Of a stretch of DNA of 64,000 nt, positions 59,697 through 64,000 are shown one piece after another. This DNA comes from Klebsormidium nitens. Taxonomy: Eukaryota; Plantae; Klebsormidiophyceae. Both the position numbers and the translations under genes were made by a program. The notes under the pieces are model-generated. The model saw only the letters and a program-made list of their open reading frames with translations. It had not been told where the DNA came from and did not search any database. The DNA lies in the NCBI GenBank assembly GCA_000708835.1, contig DF236989.1, positions 237,285 to 301,284 on the forward strand, given 5' to 3'. The stretch's first letter is position 1, and each line of letters starts with the position of its first letter.

Positions 59697-62600
59697 TTAG
59701 CCAAAGGCATTTGCCCACTCTTGTCGTAACCCAGTTTTCGAACCATACCTATTGTACAGGTTGAAGGTGGCATTGTGGGCTGCCACGTAGTCGTACGGGT
59801 GCTCGTTCGCTTCCTTGGTGAGCGCAGTCACCGTCTTGCTCAGGGTCTGCCAGCCGGGGAAAAACATGGTTAGAAGTCGGTTTAAAGAGCGAAAACGAGG
59901 GTTATCAGACCATGATAAACGGATCGATGACGTCTGCAAAAAGTTTTGTCTTCCCTGTGGCGGTCGCCATCACGTGGGCTGCTCAACCAAGGCCAGAGTG
60001 CCACGTAGCAACCAGAGGCAGATGCAAATATAGAGAAGCACTGCAGATCGAAGAAGAAGCTACAGCTCCTTGCGTCAGACCTGCCACCCTCGTAAGCCGA
60101 AATCTGCGGAATGTGCCAGCTTGAACCCGTACGGTCCACATCAATTGCTGATCCAACGGTCTAAGATCAGGTACCGAAAGTCGAGACTCGAGGGGAAGAA
60201 CAGCACGTTTGAAGCAAGCAGCTGTGCAAGACGGAAGATTGCGCGAGACGCTCACACTCAGAGTGGGCCGAATCGCGGCGCCGGCGGCGGAGGTGTTCAT
60301 CTGGCGGATCATGCGCAGCGACTGGTTATCGAGGTAGTTAGCGACGTAGTTATCGTCGTCGGAGGACACCTTGCTGGGCGCGTAAACCGCAAAGGACGTG
60401 ATCGCGGCGGCGATCAAAGCGGCAACTAGGAGGGTGAGAACCCACCCGAAGAACGTCTGCAAATACAAATTAGAGTAGATGGATTCTGGTTCAGGAACTT
60501 TTGAAGCGTTGGAATTGTGATTTCAGCCGCCTAACCTTGCGGCGGCGATCAGAGCGGCAACTAGGAGGGTAAGGACCCACCCAAAGAACGTCTGCAAAAC
60601 GACCAAGAGTAATTGGAATTTGGCCAGAAATAACCGTTAGGGATAGTAAGATCATCCGCCTCAGGGTAGGGTTACTTTGGGGATTCAGGGTGGTTAAGGG
60701 TGCGGAGCAGGTGGCTCTAAGGCTGGAGTTCTGGTGCTAGCTTGGGAACTTTACTCCTAACGAGTCAGTGTTCCTAAAGGAAGCGTCACCCAGACGATGG
60801 TCGACGAGATCCAGGCTGCAATGACCTGGGAGGAAAGTGGTGCTTGCATTTCCAATTCCAGAATCCAGAAGCCACGCTCCAAAGTATACTCAGCTCGGCT
60901 CCTCCGCTTTGCATACACAGGATTCAGGTGGTATTTTGCGAACGACTTCCATCCAGACTGCTTGAAGGAACGTTAGCGCAAAAAAACATTCCTGAGGCGG
61001 ATGATCAGAGGGCGGGACGGTCTGGCAAATGATAAACACTATGAAAGGCGTGCAAAGTTTCGCGAAAACCCGCTGTGTAAACGACCGGCTTCTTAACCAC
61101 AGCTTCTCCGCGTGACGAAAGCACTCAAATACTGGCAGAAAAGGTGCCATCCACAACGTACTTGAGTTCTCGCGATTGTCATTAGCTTCAAGAGTACTGT
61201 GCAGAAAAAGTGATCTTGAAACTACTGTCCCTCGTAAAACAAAGCCTGAAGAACCAAACGACAGCCCAAAGGGCCTACCGAGGCGAAGCTAACAAACTCA
61301 CCCTGATAATGACTCGCCAGTTGACGCCCTTAGATCCCTCGAAGAGCCCAATGGCAATGAGGGCACCCGTGATGGTCTGGGTCGTGGAGACGGGCAGGCC
61401 TGCACAGCACGAATTCCCGATCTAGTTACAATAAAGCCCACCGAAGAATAACCTATTGGGTTGCAAATTTGACTCAGGATTAGAGCGCGCTCCTCACCCT
61501 TACCCACCTAACCCCCCTCGTTAACCTCAGACGTCCCACTTATTAGAGCGCGCTCCTCACCCGTACCCACCTAACCCCCCTCGTTAACCCTAGACGTCCC
61601 ACGTCCTATTCACTGGACTTATTTGTTCATTGAGTGGAAAGCCACGGCGGTAACGCATGGAAAACGACCGACTTCGTCAGGAGGCAAGAGAAGACAGCGC
61701 TTTCGACGAACCGATGTAAGTTTGAAATTCTCTGGACCGCAAGAAAAGGAGCAAAAAGCATCGGTGAGGGACTCACGCACCGCTTGGCACAAACTGCGGT
61801 CACAGCAGAGACACCGTGATTAGATGCTAAGAGGAGGAACTTCACGGTCAAGGGGTCGATGATGTTCTGATTGTAGTCTCGTTCTTCAAACTTAGTGACT
61901 GACCACGCTCAGGCTGCAATTACCCTAGATAAACAATCTCTGAATCGCCTGGCTATGTTTAAAGTAGCGCTGACCACAAATGTGACTAACGTTCTCGTCC
62001 CAGCTATCCCAGATCGCAACCAGCGTTTCGCCGTGTGTGGCCGAGACTGCGCGGAGCGCTGACCGCAATGGTAAGGCTGTCGTTGCAGCTAACCAAGAAA
62101 ATCGCAAACCAATTTTGACATGTCTGGCAGAGACTGCGCAGGGGGCTGACCGTATCTGGAGGAGAGGATGACGACGCCCGCGGTCGCGAGCTCGCAGCAG
62201 AAACCGCGCGCGTTGGTCAGTTTCACGGCCTTCACGCCGAGAACTTGCAGGATCTTGTACCCGTAAATCGCCAGGCCGGCCACAATACCCGCACCGCCTG
62301 CAAGAGAACAAGAACGGGTTTAAATACGGGTTCTGGTTCGAAATTCGCGTCTGGTTTGAGCAAAAGATAGCTTATGTGTCCAATATGGGGTCTGGTACCC
62401 TTGCGTCGCCAGGCCGGCCACGATACTAGCAACCGCCTGCAAGAGCATGGGACTGATTCGGAAACAGACTAAAGTGTCCGAAGAACATAAAGAATCCAAA
62501 AGCACCTGCAAGAGACATGTCTATTCTGTGATTACGAGTATGGTCACTGATTTAATGCCCGAGGGTTGATTTGAAAGTCAGGGGTGCGGAGCAGATTCAA

Positions 62601-64000
62601 AACGGGTTTAGTAACCCAGTTTCAGATGAGCCTAGGGTACTGATGCAACTCAATGAAGCCTTTTCGACGCATAGGCGAGACTCAATCTGCAAAAGAGCAG
62701 AGATCAATCCAAGACAACTTTGCGGGGTTCGGAGTGATTGCAGTGGCAAGTAGACAGTCGATTTCATTCAACGTCGGAAAGAGAAGTAAAACCGGAGTCG
62801 TGCCTCGCTCGTCAGAACAGCTGCCCTCAGGAAAAAGCACTTCGTTGCAATACGCGCGCAAGTGCATTTCGACACGATTACACATCACGCCACAAACACG
62901 GAATCAAGAAACTGGGGGAAAGGCGACGCAAAGAACTCAGAATCCTGATCAGCTTACCGTATGCGAGAATCCACTTTTCGACGTTGGTCTTGGCAGGCAC
63001 TTTGCTCGTGTTCCTGCGAGGAGGAAAGAACGGCTCGACAATAAGATCGATAGATCTGGCGACGGACAGGGACGCCGTCAAATGAACAGCCGTTTAATAC
63101 AGGAAGGGAGAAAAATCGGTCAGCGCGCTTCGTGCCAAGAATGATGCAAAGAAGTTAAGGGCAGCTAAGACCATCAAAGACCATTGAGCACGGACCCAAT
63201 GGTAGATTCTCGACAAACTCACCGGTCCATGAAAGGGTTTGACAATGTTGTTCAAGGGCCGTTATCACCTAAGCCAAGGCCATCTGTGGGCTCTCTTGAG
63301 AACCTTGATTACAACCAAATTGGCATGCTCTAACCTGGTCAGAGTGAAGCTGACAATCCTTAAGCCTGACCGGAACCAAGCTGGCAATCTCTAACCATGA
63401 CCATCTCTAACCCCGATCGAAATAAAGCTGGCCGTCTCAAACCCTGAAAGAAACCAAGCTGGCAATCTCTAACCACGATCAACATCAAGCTGGCAACCTC
63501 TGATGCTGATTGGAACCAAAGCTGGCAATCTTAACTCCGAAAAAATCAAGCTGGCAATCGCTAACGCCAATCGAAATCAAGCTGACAACCTCTAACGCTG
63601 ATCGGAACCAAGCTGGTGATCTCTAACCCGATTAAAACCATGCCGGCAATCATGGGGAAAACGGCGTACCAGATCGTGTAGACAGCAGAGTTGTGACGGT
63701 TGGACAGGGTTTACACGCTGCCTGTCTACTTCACATGTGCGGAAACCATGCGAAGCTTTTCAGCACGCCTTGGGATCACCTCAGCAAGAGCGCCTCTCAG
63801 AAAAATTGCGTCTTCTTGCCTTCTTCCCAAAGACTGATTAGTTAGGACTCACAAAGAGGCTCCATATTCAGTCAAAGAGTCTCGAGACTCGCACCTCGCA
63901 AGGTACTTGCTTCTTTACGCTTGATGAAATCACAAGAGCCATTTCGAGAAGACGTCTCAGCGTCTCTGCCCTCGATATGGGTTGATCACGTCTCATCCAC
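59697..64000 (-). CDS. PTB: PHO4/PiT phosphate symporter, PTB type, copy 2 (3' half; 5' exons beyond the window)
   Basis: Exons ~62958-63013 (NTSKVPAKTNVEKWILAY), ~62151-62298 (GGAGIVAGLAIYGYKILQVLGVKAVKLTNARGFCCELA), ~61301-61400 (GLPVSTTQTITGALIAMGLFEGSKGVNW), ~60253-60457 (TFFGWVLTLL..QMNTS), ~59749-59848 (TLSKTV..HPYDYVAAHN). Intron positions match copy 1; intron sequences do not. Confidence 0.93.
61479..61602. repeat. 63-bp near-identical intronic tandem duplication
   Basis: attagagcgcgctcctcaccc(t/g)tacccacctaacccccctcgttaacc..agacgtcccac occurs twice. Confidence 0.95.
63320..63650. repeat. About 30-33-bp degenerate minisatellite, about 10 units (core CAAGCTGGCAATCTCTAAC)
   Basis: Repeated aagctggcaatc..taac units in an intron of PTB copy 2. 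Confidence 0.9.

Noticed and set aside
63320-63650. Regularly spaced ~31-bp repeats resembling a CRISPR array
   Set aside because: The units are contiguous and degenerate with no unique spacers, the context is a eukaryotic intron, and no cas genes are present.
1-64000. The many 60-250 aa ORFs in the supplied track that overlap called genes on the other strand or frame
   Set aside because: They are expected shadows of GC-rich coding exons; none carries a recognisable motif or consistent splice context.
1-64000. tRNA, rRNA or snRNA genes
   Set aside because: No cloverleaf, rRNA-like or snRNA-like segment was recognised by eye; a covariance-model scan (tRNAscan-SE, Infernal) would be needed to exclude small ncRNAs.

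Overview
Intron-rich eukaryotic nuclear DNA of roughly balanced GC content. I infer a streptophyte green alga, Klebsormidium-like, from the plant-type FAN1 N-terminus, PTB-type phosphate transporters and TTTTAGGG-like tracts. I resolve nine protein-coding loci by manual GT-AG exon joining: (1) a partial unknown gene ending at 1750; (2) a secreted protein with four malectin domains and Pro/Ala-rich linkers (-); (3) a DHHC S-acyltransferase (+); (4) an intronless BTB/POZ gene (-); (5) a large ARM-repeat/SAP-like/MYND gene (+); (6) an intronless protein of four phage-like C4 zinc ribbons with a transit-peptide-like leader (-); (7) FAN1 nuclease (+); (8-9) two tandem PHO4/PiT (PTB) phosphate symporters (-), the second running off the window. 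A ~600-bp TA-flanked MITE and two P1BS motifs lie at the 5' end of the first transporter. The most striking unexplained structure is a recurrent set of splice-junction echoes: at about eleven places in five genes, 25-150 bp spanning an exon end plus its splice site is re-copied into the adjacent intron. Several copies differ from the real exon mainly at synonymous sites, and the acceptor echoes I read through run into stop codons. Two single-base frameshifts (FAN1, first PTB) sit in G runs and may be consensus errors. No rRNA, tRNA or CRISPR array was seen. Most short ORFs in the supplied track are antisense or off-frame shadows.
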